NCBI RefSeq assembly: GCF_037042905.1
Contig: NC_087252.1
Coordinates: 12,216,001 to 12,280,000, forward strand
Reading direction: 5' to 3'
DNA from: Lytechinus pictus
Lineage: Eukaryota
Length of the DNA: 64,000 nt
Numbering within the stretch: position 1 is the stretch's first letter; each line of letters begins with the position of its first letter. Below, piece after piece: positions 49,349 through 61,751 of this stretch. The position numbers and the translations under genes are program-made. Below the pieces are notes generated by a model. The model was not told where the DNA came from. It worked only from the letters and a program-made list of their open reading frames with translations, and made no database searches.

Positions 49349-50668
49349 TACTCTTATGGACGGGCTCCTATACGTAATAAATACGAGATACTACAGAGAA
49401 CATGTTCCGAAAGCATTTATTTCGTTTAAAATTCATATTGATCCTAATGAACACCGTTAACTCTGAATATGCGACTATAGCCAATCAACACAAAATAATA
49501 CAAAAAAAAACCTATTAGATCTACATCCAATCCGAGACGTGTCCTTTTAATAACTTAAGACATTGTATTGACGTCATGTCGCACCGCCATCTTAGAGGCT
49601 GATGAGTTTGCTTTGCATGCGTTGTTGCTCTGCAGCTGACGCGTCTCTGACAACTATGTTTACGTGTATTCCGAATATCCTCTGAGGGAGGAAGCTATGA
49701 GATTGTGACGTTAAATATATTACGCCTACTTTAATGATACGACATGATTACCCATCTTCCCCGACAACCCTTTCTTCAAAATCAACACTTTTAAGCTGGC
49801 TTGTGTGAAATCATAATTTGCTTTCGTGACCTAAAGTTATTTGTAAAAAAATATTCATGTGAATCCGCTTCCAAAGCCCAAAGTTCATCATTGCTACATA
49901 TCAAAACGATTCATTAAATATAAATTCAAATTGATATATTCATCCAGTCGAATTCTAAACTAAACCCAAAAGGATCAATTTTGATTTTTTTTTATAGTAT
50001 CACTGAGCGCTTTTTCTAAGTTTCCTCTAATTGCATCACGGTATCAAATATGCTTTGTATCAAACTCTTATTAAATATCAGCGCTGTGGTTTAGTTATTA
50101 ATGTAGTCAGCTTTTTTTTGAGGTACTGTTTAGCGACGTATTGTTTAAGTCTTCTTTATACTTGCTGAAGGACCTAGCAATGGGATGTTAATTCATACGT
50201 ATATTATTTGAGCTACTATTTTGATTACATTTGAACCAGTAAAATTGGGTATTTCTATTGTTTTTAACAATCTGATGCCTACTCCAAACTCGCAATTATC
50301 TATATTCAACGCCAGTTTATTCTTCGCAAACAATTTCTAAACTGCAGCAAGATCATCATTTAGATTGTTAACAAGAGTGGTCACTTCATTAATTTATATT
50401 TATATTTTGATAACGGTACTTACAACTTTTCCTTATTTCTATGAACGCATTATCACACTCTCCTGCATTCGCATCATAGTGCTTAAGTCATTCATAATCC
50501 TGATAATGCACTACATCATACTTAAAATGATGAACAGGCTTTTAATATTCTTGTTGTTTTTATTTTGTGTTAATCATCAATCCAGCAATATGAGAAAGAA
50601 ACTGAGTAATATTACATCACATAGACAAATACATAGACCCCTGTTGAAACAAAGAGAGCACAATTGTG

Positions 50669-52174
50669 TTAAATTACAATTGAATAGCATTAAGATTCCT
50701 AAGGTTGAAAAAAAACAAATTTTCTTGGTGTAACCATTGATTTAAAATTAACTTGGAAATTTCACATACAATATATAGAGAAGAAAATATCAAAGAATAT
50801 TGGTATTATATCAAGATTAAGTTACTTTTTACCAGCTTATATATTGCGAATGTATTCCACACTCATATTGCCATATTTGTCTTGTTGTAATTTAGTTGGG
50901 GGTAGTACTTTTCCGTCTAACCTAAAGAAATTTTTAAAAAAAATTAGAATAAATCGTTAGAATCATTGCTGGAGCAAGCCCAAGATCTAAAGTTGGCATA
51001 TTATACGCTGAGTTTAAACTGCTTACTTTAGAAGAAATTACAACCAACCAGCAATGTATTTTTATTTATCAGTGTATCAATCGGTTTATGCCTGTTAATT
51101 TTTCTGAATAGTTTGATACAAATCATAATTTATATAAATACAATACACGCTCCTCTTCTTTAATTCATTTGCCAAGACAAAGGACCTGTTCTTATCAACA
51201 TAATATTCGTTTTATAGGTCAAAAAAGTGGAACAATTTACCTGCAGACATCAGAAATGAATCAACTTTAAGACAGAACTTAAGAAAAAACTTACATCTTG
51301 TCCCTAAATTTTGTGATTGTTGGGATGATTGGTTTGACGATTTATTTTCTGTTTCAATTGATATACTAGTAGTTTATATAAAGTTGCCCTGACCCCCCCC
51401 CCCCCTTGTTTTGTTTTGTACTCTGTAAGAGCATGCTGTGAGAGCATTGATCACATCAAGAATTGACTATGCAAACTTCCTGCTATGTGGTACATCTTCG
51501 GCTAACATCCAGCAACTTCAACGAGCTCAGAATCGTGCAGCCAAATTGGTATTCCTTGCCAAGAAGCGTGATCATGCCTCTCCCCTTCTACATCAATTAC
51601 ACTGGCTTCCTGTCCATAAGTGTGTCACCATTGCCTACAAATGCATCCATATGTGTGCTCCACCCTATCTTAATGATCTAATTTATCTGTACCAGAGTGA
51701 AAGGCGTGGACTACGATCGGGTAATGATACAACTCTGTTGGCAATACCAAGAACTGCTACCTCCTCAGGGGACCGATCGTTCGCTGCTGCCGCGCCACGC
51801 CTCTGGAACCAGCTCCCCCGCTGCATCGGTGAATCGTCATCTCTGGGAGCATCTCAGCGGTTATTAAAGAAATTTATTTTTAGAAGTTAATTTACTTTTT
51901 TTTTTCTTTCACAATTTTGATTTTGCTCATTTTGTAAAGCGCTGTGATACAATCATTGTGAAGAGCGCTATATGAATATTTATATTGTATGGTATTGTAT
52001 TGTAGATAAGTTTCTTTCATGTACTATGTATATTTATTGTTTATGTCACGGTGCACTCATCCCAAGCTTTGCTTTCTGAGTTGCTACCTCCATTGTTTTG
52101 TTCAAGTTTATAAAATGTATTGATGCTTTCATCATTAGAAATAAATTTACTACTTCATTCATTCATTCTTTTTT
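50669..52174 (+). mobile_element. 3' fragment of a CR1-group LINE with a nested L2-like fragment
   Basis: Decayed ORF2 C-terminus (KISKNIGIISRL..., YKYNTRSSSLIHLPRQRT..., KKWNNLPADIR), 3' UTR and (ATTC)n tail at about 52155-52168. Empty site at 28160-28180. Confidence 0.75.
51428..52003 (+). mobile_element. L2-like LINE 3' fragment
   Basis: ORF 51438-51890 with ALITSRIDYAN, LQRAQNRAAKLV, LHWLPV and GDRSFAAAAPRLWNQLP; (TTGTA)n-like tail ending near 52003. Confidence 0.82.
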
Positions 52175-53120
52175 TATGAACACTGATATGCTGACCTTCC
52201 ATGGGTACAGACCCAATATTTAATGTGTAACGTAGAATTTCTAATAAGGTCCATAGGGTTCACTGCATAGATGGTGAATAATTCATAGAAGTATCATACT
52301 TCCTATTAATTGGCAAGGGTACTCATTAACCAGCATAATATATCATGTTTGATTGGAAAGAAATATACGGATCTTATCAGCATTATCAGTTTCTGTGCGA
52401 ATAGAAAATAATTACTTTGATCAGTATTGTTGAGAAAGTGGATACACTAACTAACCAATCAAATAATTGAAATAATGATACCTTGAAAGTTCAACATTTT
52501 GTTATTTTCTTACACAAGTAAAATAATAAAAACAATAAACCTTTTGAATATATGTTAATTTTGATTTTCAGACGTTTTTCTGTAAATTTTGTGACCTAGA
52601 GGGCAGAGCCTAAATGTATCTTTACACGTCGTTATTAACGTTAATGTTAAAAACTACGAACCTGTAAATGAATAATCGGCAAAAACATGCACTTTGGAAT
52701 TTTCACACAACTCTCCCAAAGCACCCCTTCAATATGATAGTAAGGCACCCTGCGTAAAAATAGCGATTATGTTTACTATATTTAGAACCTTACACAGAAG
52801 TGGAAGCATTTGCCCCCCCCCCCCCCCCCCATGAAATTTAGAAAATCTACATTTTCTTAATGATATTTTTGATAAAAATCACCAAAACTGTGCACGAAAT
52901 CCTTCATTTTCACTTTAAACATGTCAAAACCTTCACGAGACAAGTTGCCTCCTCCCTCCTTTCGAGTTTTTCCGAAAAATTGTATACGTCTTGCCCCCCT
53001 CCCCGGAAAAACTTATCTCTACAGCCTTGATAAACCGTGTCTTAAGTATGACGATGAGTCATAACTGATTGGAACTGTTGTACTCCATTTCAATTTCGTT
53101 GTAGATAGTTTTTCATTCAT

Positions 53121-56100
53121 TCATTTCTGTAATTCTTGAATCATCTGCCATAAATAATTTGTCATTACTGCCAATGGTCTCCTAAGCTCGCATAAGTTAT
53201 TCACGGACGGCACAGTGGATAACATAGGTTGAACTGTCTGACAGAAAATACGTTTCCCATGGTTACACTTATTTGGTATGAAGATCAGAGTGCTTACAAC
53301 ATCATATCTTTCAGCGCTGTTGACTGAGATCTTAAGAGATGAGCTATTTGTGACACTTTTGGATCCGATGTACCAACGTAGCAGCGGAGCCGGGTATCCG
53401 TTACGAGCTCTACAGGTTACTTTACTCTCTCTGCCTTCGAGCATATCACCTGGGACAGTCATTACTACTTTGTCTTGTAGTCCTTCATAGAAACATAAGG
53501 CCATTGGTCAAAGTTAAACTTCAGCTAATGAATTATTTTTTTTCATAGTCCGGACAATATATTAGGGAATTGAACCAACGAACTTAATAAAATCATCAAG
53601 AACAACAACAATAGTTAATTCGTTTCATAAAAAAGTAAAGGACTAATCTTGCAATTGTTTTACAGGTTTGGCAAATTTACACTATACGAATCAATCGCAT
53701 TATATAATCAGTTCTACATTATCTATATATGTTACTTGTTTCTAAAATCATTATGGGATAACACATCACCCTATACAATAAGTCAAACTGCCAGGATTTT
53801 AACAAAGATTCTGCCTTCCATTTTCCAGGGTTAGTGGCATCTGGCCTTATGGATATGGTACTTGGTTGTGGTAACTACCTTGCATTTTCTTTTCGGAAAA
53901 TTATACTGGATGAATTTCCATTGAATGATCTTACTCTTTTACTAGTTTCACGTTACCAATATTCTAACTTGTTTTTAAAATCATTATGGGATAACTCACC
54001 GTAAACAATTAGTCTGACTGCTACTATTTCAACAAAGAAGGCGCCTTCCATATACGATGAGCATATAATGTGCATTCCATGGTTAATGGCATCTGGTCTT
54101 ATGGTTATGGTACTTTCAGTGTCAAACAAAGTGTCGTCTACAACACTCATATTGCTTGAGACATTTCCATGGATCCGAGTCCTGTCAGACTCACTAACTA
54201 ACCAGAATGATAGTTCAGTAGCTGGGAATGATCCAATACTTTTACACGTGATAGAAGTCGGTGAATCTTCTTGAACATATAGGACTGTTGATTGTGACTG
54301 GTTACCTCCGGTCGGAAAGAGAAGCACACTAGCCGGCAGAACTGTAAATATGGCAAGATAGAAAAGAAGAGTAAGATAAAGAGGCGGATACAAGGGAGAA
54401 AGTATTATGTGTTTTGCAGACAGGCCCTTTTGTGGAAAGTAGTTTAGTAACCTCATAATACTCTGGGTAAGTAAACAGCAGGTGACGTAAATATATTATC
54501 AATGAAAAAGGGAAATGTATTTAATAAAATGGAACTGCTAAATGATGCTTAGAAATAACTGGTTCACCACATGTAGATATGCATAATGTAAATAGAAATG
54601 GAACTTATATCAAAATAAGGCGTCAGCATATTTCTGTGATCTATTTTGGATTGACAAAGTATTACAAAAGTATGCAAGAACTTAAATCTAGGAAGGGCAA
54701 CAAAACATATTCATGTATAGGTAATACATACCATGAACATTCACAAAAACTGAGAATCTGATATTATTTTGTAGTTCTGGGTGTGATGCGGTGCAGCTAA
54801 GAATCTTCCCGTGATCGTCTCTGGTGGATGTGATTGCCAAAGTTTTCTGGGAGATGTAAGATCCATAGTGGATGACTTCAGATTGATCCTGATGATCAAC
54901 AGTTACGTCCTCTGGTATTTGCCAGTGTAATTCTGCAGGAGGCCTTGCTCTATTTGCTCCACATGTGATGCTATACGAATCCCCAGCAATTACACTTATA
55001 TTGGCGTTGTTCAAGTATTGTCGGCCTGATTGGGTATCAGACATAAATATCTGTGATGGTGGAACTGAAGACAAAAAGAAGGTATATTTTGCATAAAAAC
55101 CCATTTCCAACCATTCTTCTCACTTTGCTATTCGATGATTATAACTGATTGGTTTTTTTTTTGCAATCTTTATGACGTTCTTTTGTGCATATTACACTAT
55201 CGTAAAAGTATAAATAACTTATTCGTTAGACAACGAAGATCTAACAGTTCAACGCATAGATCCCAATAACTACCTTCAGTAGATTGTGAAGTACTACTCG
55301 ATGTAATAAACTGCACTGCTATTGTACAAGGCACTGGCTTAAATCAACGCGGTGACCTTATTGTTCAGGGAGATGATCTATTGTTCAACCCCCACACTGG
55401 AATTGCATGACGTCATGGATTTATGCAAGTGGTACAAGGCATGGTCAGAAGTAAAGGTAGAAGGGTACCACTGGCGGATCCAGAGGGGGGGGGGGGCAGA
55501 GCCGGACCGTGCCCCCCCCCCCCCACCCTGAGAGGCAAAATCAAAACTTGTAATGCAAAAATGCCTTTAAAAAATGTGGCCCCCTATGAAAGTAAAGAAA
55601 TTTTTTTGTCTTGCTTGTCAAAAAACTTTGTGGACGAAATGTCATTAATTTAGGTTGAAAACATTTTTTTTTTTTTTTTTTTTATTCGTCAAATTTTTCG
55701 TCGGGAGAATGTGCCCCCCCCCCCTTTGGAAAATCCTGGATCCGCCCTGACGGGTACCCTCTTGACTGGCCTTCATCTCAATATGTGTGCACCATTCAAG
55801 AATGTCAGTGGCATTGTGAAAACACTGGAATATTTTATTTCTTTCATTTTCATATTTTGTTTACCATACATATTTATTTCCCGGAGACAGGAATAATTTG
55901 ATTACACAGAGTGAAGTTCATTTCTATTTCAAAACAGTTGTGACTTGTTACTTCAAAAAGGTATGGCTAATCTGAGAACGTCTTTAGCCAGCAAATAGAA
56001 AACAGGACCATTGTATGAAATGACAGTGGTAAGATGGGGAAGGTGAATTGACTGTTGCAATACAGTGTCCGCATAGAAATACATTAAAATCGCCCACGCT

Positions 56101-57374
56101 GATGAAATTTCTCGTCAGAAGGATCTTGAAAGTATGCGGGACTTTGATTTTGATATTGTCTTAATTAGTAAGGAAAAAAGGAACATTCGGAGATGTTGGT
56201 AGAAATCACATTTTTATTTCATCTTATGACTTTTGGTTGATGAGCAGTGTCATAGATTTTTTTTCAATGTTTCAGACTGGTAGGTGATTTACCAATAAAC
56301 GAAAATAAACGGAACTATCTTGCGTTTTCCATCACACGATTACAAACTTATTGAGTGTCTAACCTTTGACAATAAATGAAATTTTATTGTAGGATCTTGC
56401 ATTAACGTTGACCTTTATGTTCTTTCTTTTTCTGTTTACACAATCTAAGTCAGATTGAATTGAATGTCGCCAATATGCTTTTTCCTCTTTTTTCTTACCT
56501 GGATTTAGTACTTCCAGTATTTCATTCGCTGAATGTTTGCCATCTGGGTAAAATACATTGCATGTAAATATCCCATTGTCACTAGAGGTTAAATTGATTA
56601 TTGTAAGCGATGTGCTGCGGTCATCTCCCATTAACTTGTATTTTGTAAGATTGAGAATATTAGATGTACAGCTACTCGCAGAAGTGCACGATTCATAAGC
56701 AACCTGTATGCCCTCGTGTGTCCAATGTACTGTACGATCATTTAGAGGAGGCGAATAGGTACACCTCATCGTAAATTCTTCTCCTTTGACGGGTAGGATC
56801 TGTCTTGGTTGGAAAGAAATCGTGGCTGAAGACATGGTAGAAGTGGAGCCTGCAAATGGATTGTGTAGCAATATTGTCAATTATTGGTAATGATAGACGT
56901 ATTGCTAATTCATAGTACCTTACAAGACGGGCATCTATTCTAGACTACCTAAACAATTAACAATGGAACAAATACAAAAGCGGTTTACAATAGGGCCATG
57001 ATAATTAAAAAATGTATTAACTATTGTGTACATTGTACGTTTTGCGGATTCCGCCCTTTGTGAACCTAATTTAATGTATTTATTTCAGTTGATGCGTCAA
57101 CTTAAGATGTATAGGCCGATAAAGCACATTCTGATCCAAATTTTAAGAACGCTCTCAAGATTGAAAGAAAGCATTTTTGATATGGAAAACAACAATTTAA
57201 AGATGATCTGAATGTAGCATGTTTTAACCTCACTTCAAATTATCTTACAATGTAAGTCTACGTATAACATTGTTATTGTATCCATATTATTATTATTATT
57301 AGTAGTAGTAGTAGTATCGACCTACCTTTACCGAGGAAAATTAGAGCAAACCAGCACCAAATATGATACGCCAT
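53121..57374 (-). CDS. IgSF unit A2 (A-beta): leader-V-C2a-C2b-C2c, about 478 aa, no transmembrane segment
   Basis: Leader 57326-57374 (MAYHIWCWFALIFLGK-G, donor GTAGGT), V 56499-56849, C2a 54732-55064, C2b 54000-54341, C2c from 53482 reading to a stop at 53121. All open. Confidence 0.82.
55469..55749. mobile_element. GC-rich MITE (TIR CA(C/G)(T)GGCGGATCCAG, 2-bp AC duplication)
   Basis: AC|CACTGGCGGATCCAG...CTGGATCCGCCCTG|AC with internal G and C runs. Confidence 0.7.
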
Positions 57375-59609
57375 TTGAAATAGCAGTGATTTTGATCAAT
57401 CGAAAATCCTAGTAACATGGAGACTTTCAATATCAGAACGTAAGAGAGTTGCAGTAGGTGAGAAAAATTTTGTTTCTAGAAGACATCCTCAATGTGCCCC
57501 AAACACATCGAAGGAAATGATGACAATGAGATTTGTTCGATTACTCTCGATCGTTCATGCCTTTACCACATTTCAAAGTACGGCTTAATGTCTTGAGTTG
57601 TCAACGGTCGAAACTGAAAATAAGATGTTATGTCTATAAATTATATCAAGTGTATTTCTGTATTTCAATGATCTGGCGACAGAGTGTGCTCTTTCTCCTA
57701 TTCGATTAGAGGTTGATGTTTGCTTCACCTACTAATAGCAAACAGTGGATCGGGATGGCGTCCAGAGAAATGTCACGGCACATAATCTTCGTGATGGGCA
57801 CCAAGACGAAATCAATCCGAGATAAATCAATGAATCTGTTGGTCAGCACATTTATTGCGTTTAAAATTCATATTTCCCACTTTTCGCTGTCCAACGCGGA
57901 TGGACTTTACGACGGTATATTGATTTTGGAAGATACTTTTGGGCCCGTCGTAAAACACTGTCCTGCAATGCAAGTTGTGTGACATGAGATTTTTTTTACG
58001 TTTCGCATCCACAACGGGAACAGTCAGTGAAGTGGGATGGCGTCCAGAGAACCGTCACGACACATACCCTTCAGGATGGGCACCAAGACGGAAAAATCAG
58101 AGGTCACTCACTAAAACTTGTTCCTAAAGCATTATGTTTAAAATTCGTATTGATAGTGAAAACACTGTTAACTCTAAATATGCCACTGTCTCCAATCGGC
58201 AGGAAAAAATACATTTTTTCTTTTAGATTTGCAAACGATCTGAAACGTGAAGAGTTCAGGCACTCCTAGTCAGAACCCACCTCCGCCATATACACACAAC
58301 TTCGAAATTACTTATTAAATCACCTGTCTTTTATTAAACTTAATAAGACCTTATGCACTGGCGTCATCTTAGAACATGTAGAAGCTGATGCCTTTACCTT
58401 TTAATACATGCGTTTTTAATCTGCAGTTGGCGCATCTCTGATTATTCCAGTCAAGGATTAATCATAATTGCTAGGTTACTCTTTTTATTACATTAGGTCC
58501 TATAAAACAAATTGGGTCTACTCCCAATCACACAAAACTCGCAAATCCTACGCCAATCAATTTTTCATTAACTTTTTGTTAACTGTAACAAGATATTCTT
58601 TTAAGTTGTTAACAAGAATGTTCACATTATTCTTTTTTTTGTAAATTTTGAAAACGGTACTTCCAAACGTTATCTTATTTCCATGAACCCGTTCTTACGC
58701 AATCGTTTTATAGCATTTGAGTCATACTTATTAAACCAGCTCATCCACGGCATTAGACAGACCAAAAAATTATGAAACAGGATTTTATTGTAATATACTT
58801 TTTAGTTTTTATTTTTTGCTAAATCAATCAAACAATATGAGAAAAAAATAGCGTGATACCACATCACATAGACATATACATAGACCACTGGTACAATAAA
58901 AATGCAACAACTGCAATATAATGATCATTTAATTTTATACATTGTCGTATATATAGTTTAACTCGTATGCATAGTGCATAGAGGGGGATATGGAACTAAT
59001 AATCCTCATAAACAATTTGTGACTGGAGTACTCGCTGTACTCGGTAAACAATATAAAGTCACATGTTTGGTTGGAACAATATTCAAGATTATTACGGCAT
59101 GATCAGCTTATGTGCGAATATAAAGTAATTACTTTAAAAGCATTCCTAAGACATTGCATGCGTCCCCCCCCCCCCCTCCCTGAAAAAAACGGGTACAGCC
59201 ATGACAAACCTTGCTTCAATCATTATCGATTGGAACTGTGGAAATTCATTTGAATTTCGTTGTCAATATGTTTTTTTTCATTAACCAGTTTTTCGAGTAG
59301 GTGAATAATCTGCCGATTTGGGGTTTTCATTACTGCCATCGTCCTGATCTAAGCTTAAATAAAATATGCAGAACCCTTGTGTTATTTACGGACCGCACAG
59401 TGGATGAAGTAGGTAGAACTGCCTGACAGAGAAGACGTTTGCCGTGGTCAAACCTATTTGGTATGATGGTCAGAGTGCTTTTGGCATCATATCGATCAGT
59501 GCCGTTGATTGATGTCCTCAGGGTTGAATTTCCTGTGACGTTCCTTGATCCGATATACCAGTGGATGAGAGGAGCAGGGTATCCATTAAGAGCTGTACAT
59601 GTCACGTTG

Positions 59610-61751
59610 TACTTTGTTTTTAGCATTCTCACAAAAATGTTCTCGTTATAAATATATGAGTAAAGAAGGCTGCCATTTCCAACTCTCGTCTGCGCACTGC
59701 AATAATCACACTCATTATTTATTTATTCATTTATTATTGTTATCATTATTATCATTATTAGTATTACTATTATCATAATCATTATTATCATTATTTTTAT
59801 TGTTATTATTATCATTATTCTTCTCCTTCACCTTCTTTTTATTATTATTAATGTTATTGCCATCAGAATTATCATCATCATCATCATGATTATTATTCAA
59901 AAATAATTGTTGTAATCATATCAATTGCATTCCTTCTGCAGCCAAACTCTCTCTTCATAAACTTAAGATCAGGTAAATAACGGTTCATATTCGTTTGTGT
60001 TTTTATAGCCCAAATCATTAAAAAAATTATTGTTATGCTTATCAATATCATATTCAAACTTCTCAAAAAATATGAATCGTTCAATATTTTCCTCGAATTA
60101 AATAGGAAGAAGCAGAAAAATAAATGTAATAATTAAAACGGCCGATAATACCGCTTTATTCGTCTCAAGATTTATTTTTTTTCAAGGTGGATGTTTTTCC
60201 TTTGCTAAATCAAACCATTGGTCAGAGAAAAAGTAAACGGAGTTTATAAAGTGATATCAGATGTTTTTAGGAAAAGAAAGAAAGGGATACATTAACAAAA
60301 CCGATTAGACCGACCTGTTAGTTGCTGCATCATTGACGTCACTATCAAGGGGATTTTAAATCGACTTTAGAGAGTAGAAATGGAAATGATAATGATGATA
60401 ACGGGTTGAATATTACAATTCTTTATACCACGCATATTATTGTACACTATGTTATCTGAACAAATTATTTCTTTTACCATGTATAGTGCTACGAGCTGGG
60501 GAGGCCCTGGGCGGATGCAGGATTTTTCTGTAGGGGGGCAAATTGTTTTCTCTTTACCTGGGTCACCCATAAGAAATCAATACCGGAACCTTTGAAAGTA
60601 TTCAAAAGTCAAATCAAAAGACAAGCGTGAGCCCCGATTTCTATGAACATCCTGTGCTAAATTACTCTTCTTTTAGATAATAGGTCAGGAGGGAGCGCGG
60701 ATTAGAGATTCCTCATGAAAGAGAGTCTGGGCATCTATTGTTCATGACTTGGTGGCATGAACAAAAGAATGTACTCACGTAGAATGTTAACAGGTGGCTA
60801 CTTTGGTCAGACCAGTAATACAGAACAAATAGGCCTATTTTATTTTTGAAAATTTGTATCGATTTTTTTGTTTGTAACTGATCTGCATTCCCTCTTCTTT
60901 GATTCACAAAAAAATTTAAACTTTTTTTTTCTTACTTCTGTGCACTTTGCCAAGAACGCCCATATTATTTTGTGGGATTTTATACCCCAAACTTGTAAGT
61001 ATTGAATCTGTCCGACCCCTCTTTATCTATATTTCAATATATCATCTTTAGTTCTTTTATATTTTGTCTCCTTCTGACTGGCAATAACTTTGTTTTTTAC
61101 ACTACGAATAAAAAAAATTACAGAGTCTTATTTTGAAGACTACACGAATGAAAGGGTATGGTTGGCCGCACTTTGAAGATACATGGCACTAATATATTAT
61201 TGTGTGTGTTTGCGTGGGGATCGCAGCTGTGCTGTGATTGGTCACTTGATCGACGACATTGCCTTTATACATACTCTCTCGTACTTCAGAGGAAATAACT
61301 TGAATAGCAAAATAGTATTTCATTCAAAAGAGCATACTTTTTCGTTATTTCTGTTTGTTCAATATCATAAATAGATACGTCATTTGAAAGGTTAAACATT
61401 GAACTTTCATTTTATCTTCGTAATTTCTTGGTATCTCTACAATTCCTCAGGTTATTTACTCTTTGAAATGTTCATGAAATCATTATTTTCTAGGTTTTAC
61501 TTATTGAAAAAAAACGATGTAAAATATTACATATTTTCTCAATTTTTCCAAACGCGAATATGAAAGATAATAACACGACCATAAAGCCCATGAACCATGC
61601 ATCATTTCATGTGTAGAAAGTTTTATTATACAACGTACGGGTAAAAAATTATGACCGTTTTAAAATCAGTCGCTGCTCACGTTTCGGTCAATTTAGGATT
61701 CCATCGAATACCCCTGGCAGTCAAGGGGTATTCGTATTGGCACAGTAAGAG
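59610..61751. mobile_element. Foreign 2.1-kb segment ending at a TTAA site (possible piggyBac-type remnant with adjacent deletion)
   Basis: The right junction GGCACAGTAAGAG|TTAA resumes paralogous intron (TTAATGATACCGCGTG). Subterminal hairpin CGAATACCCC/GGGGTATTCG at about 61706-61735. No matching left end. Confidence 0.5.
59715..59897 (+). repeat. Degenerate (ATT/ATC)n low-complexity repeat
   Basis: Directly visible. Confidence 0.85.
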
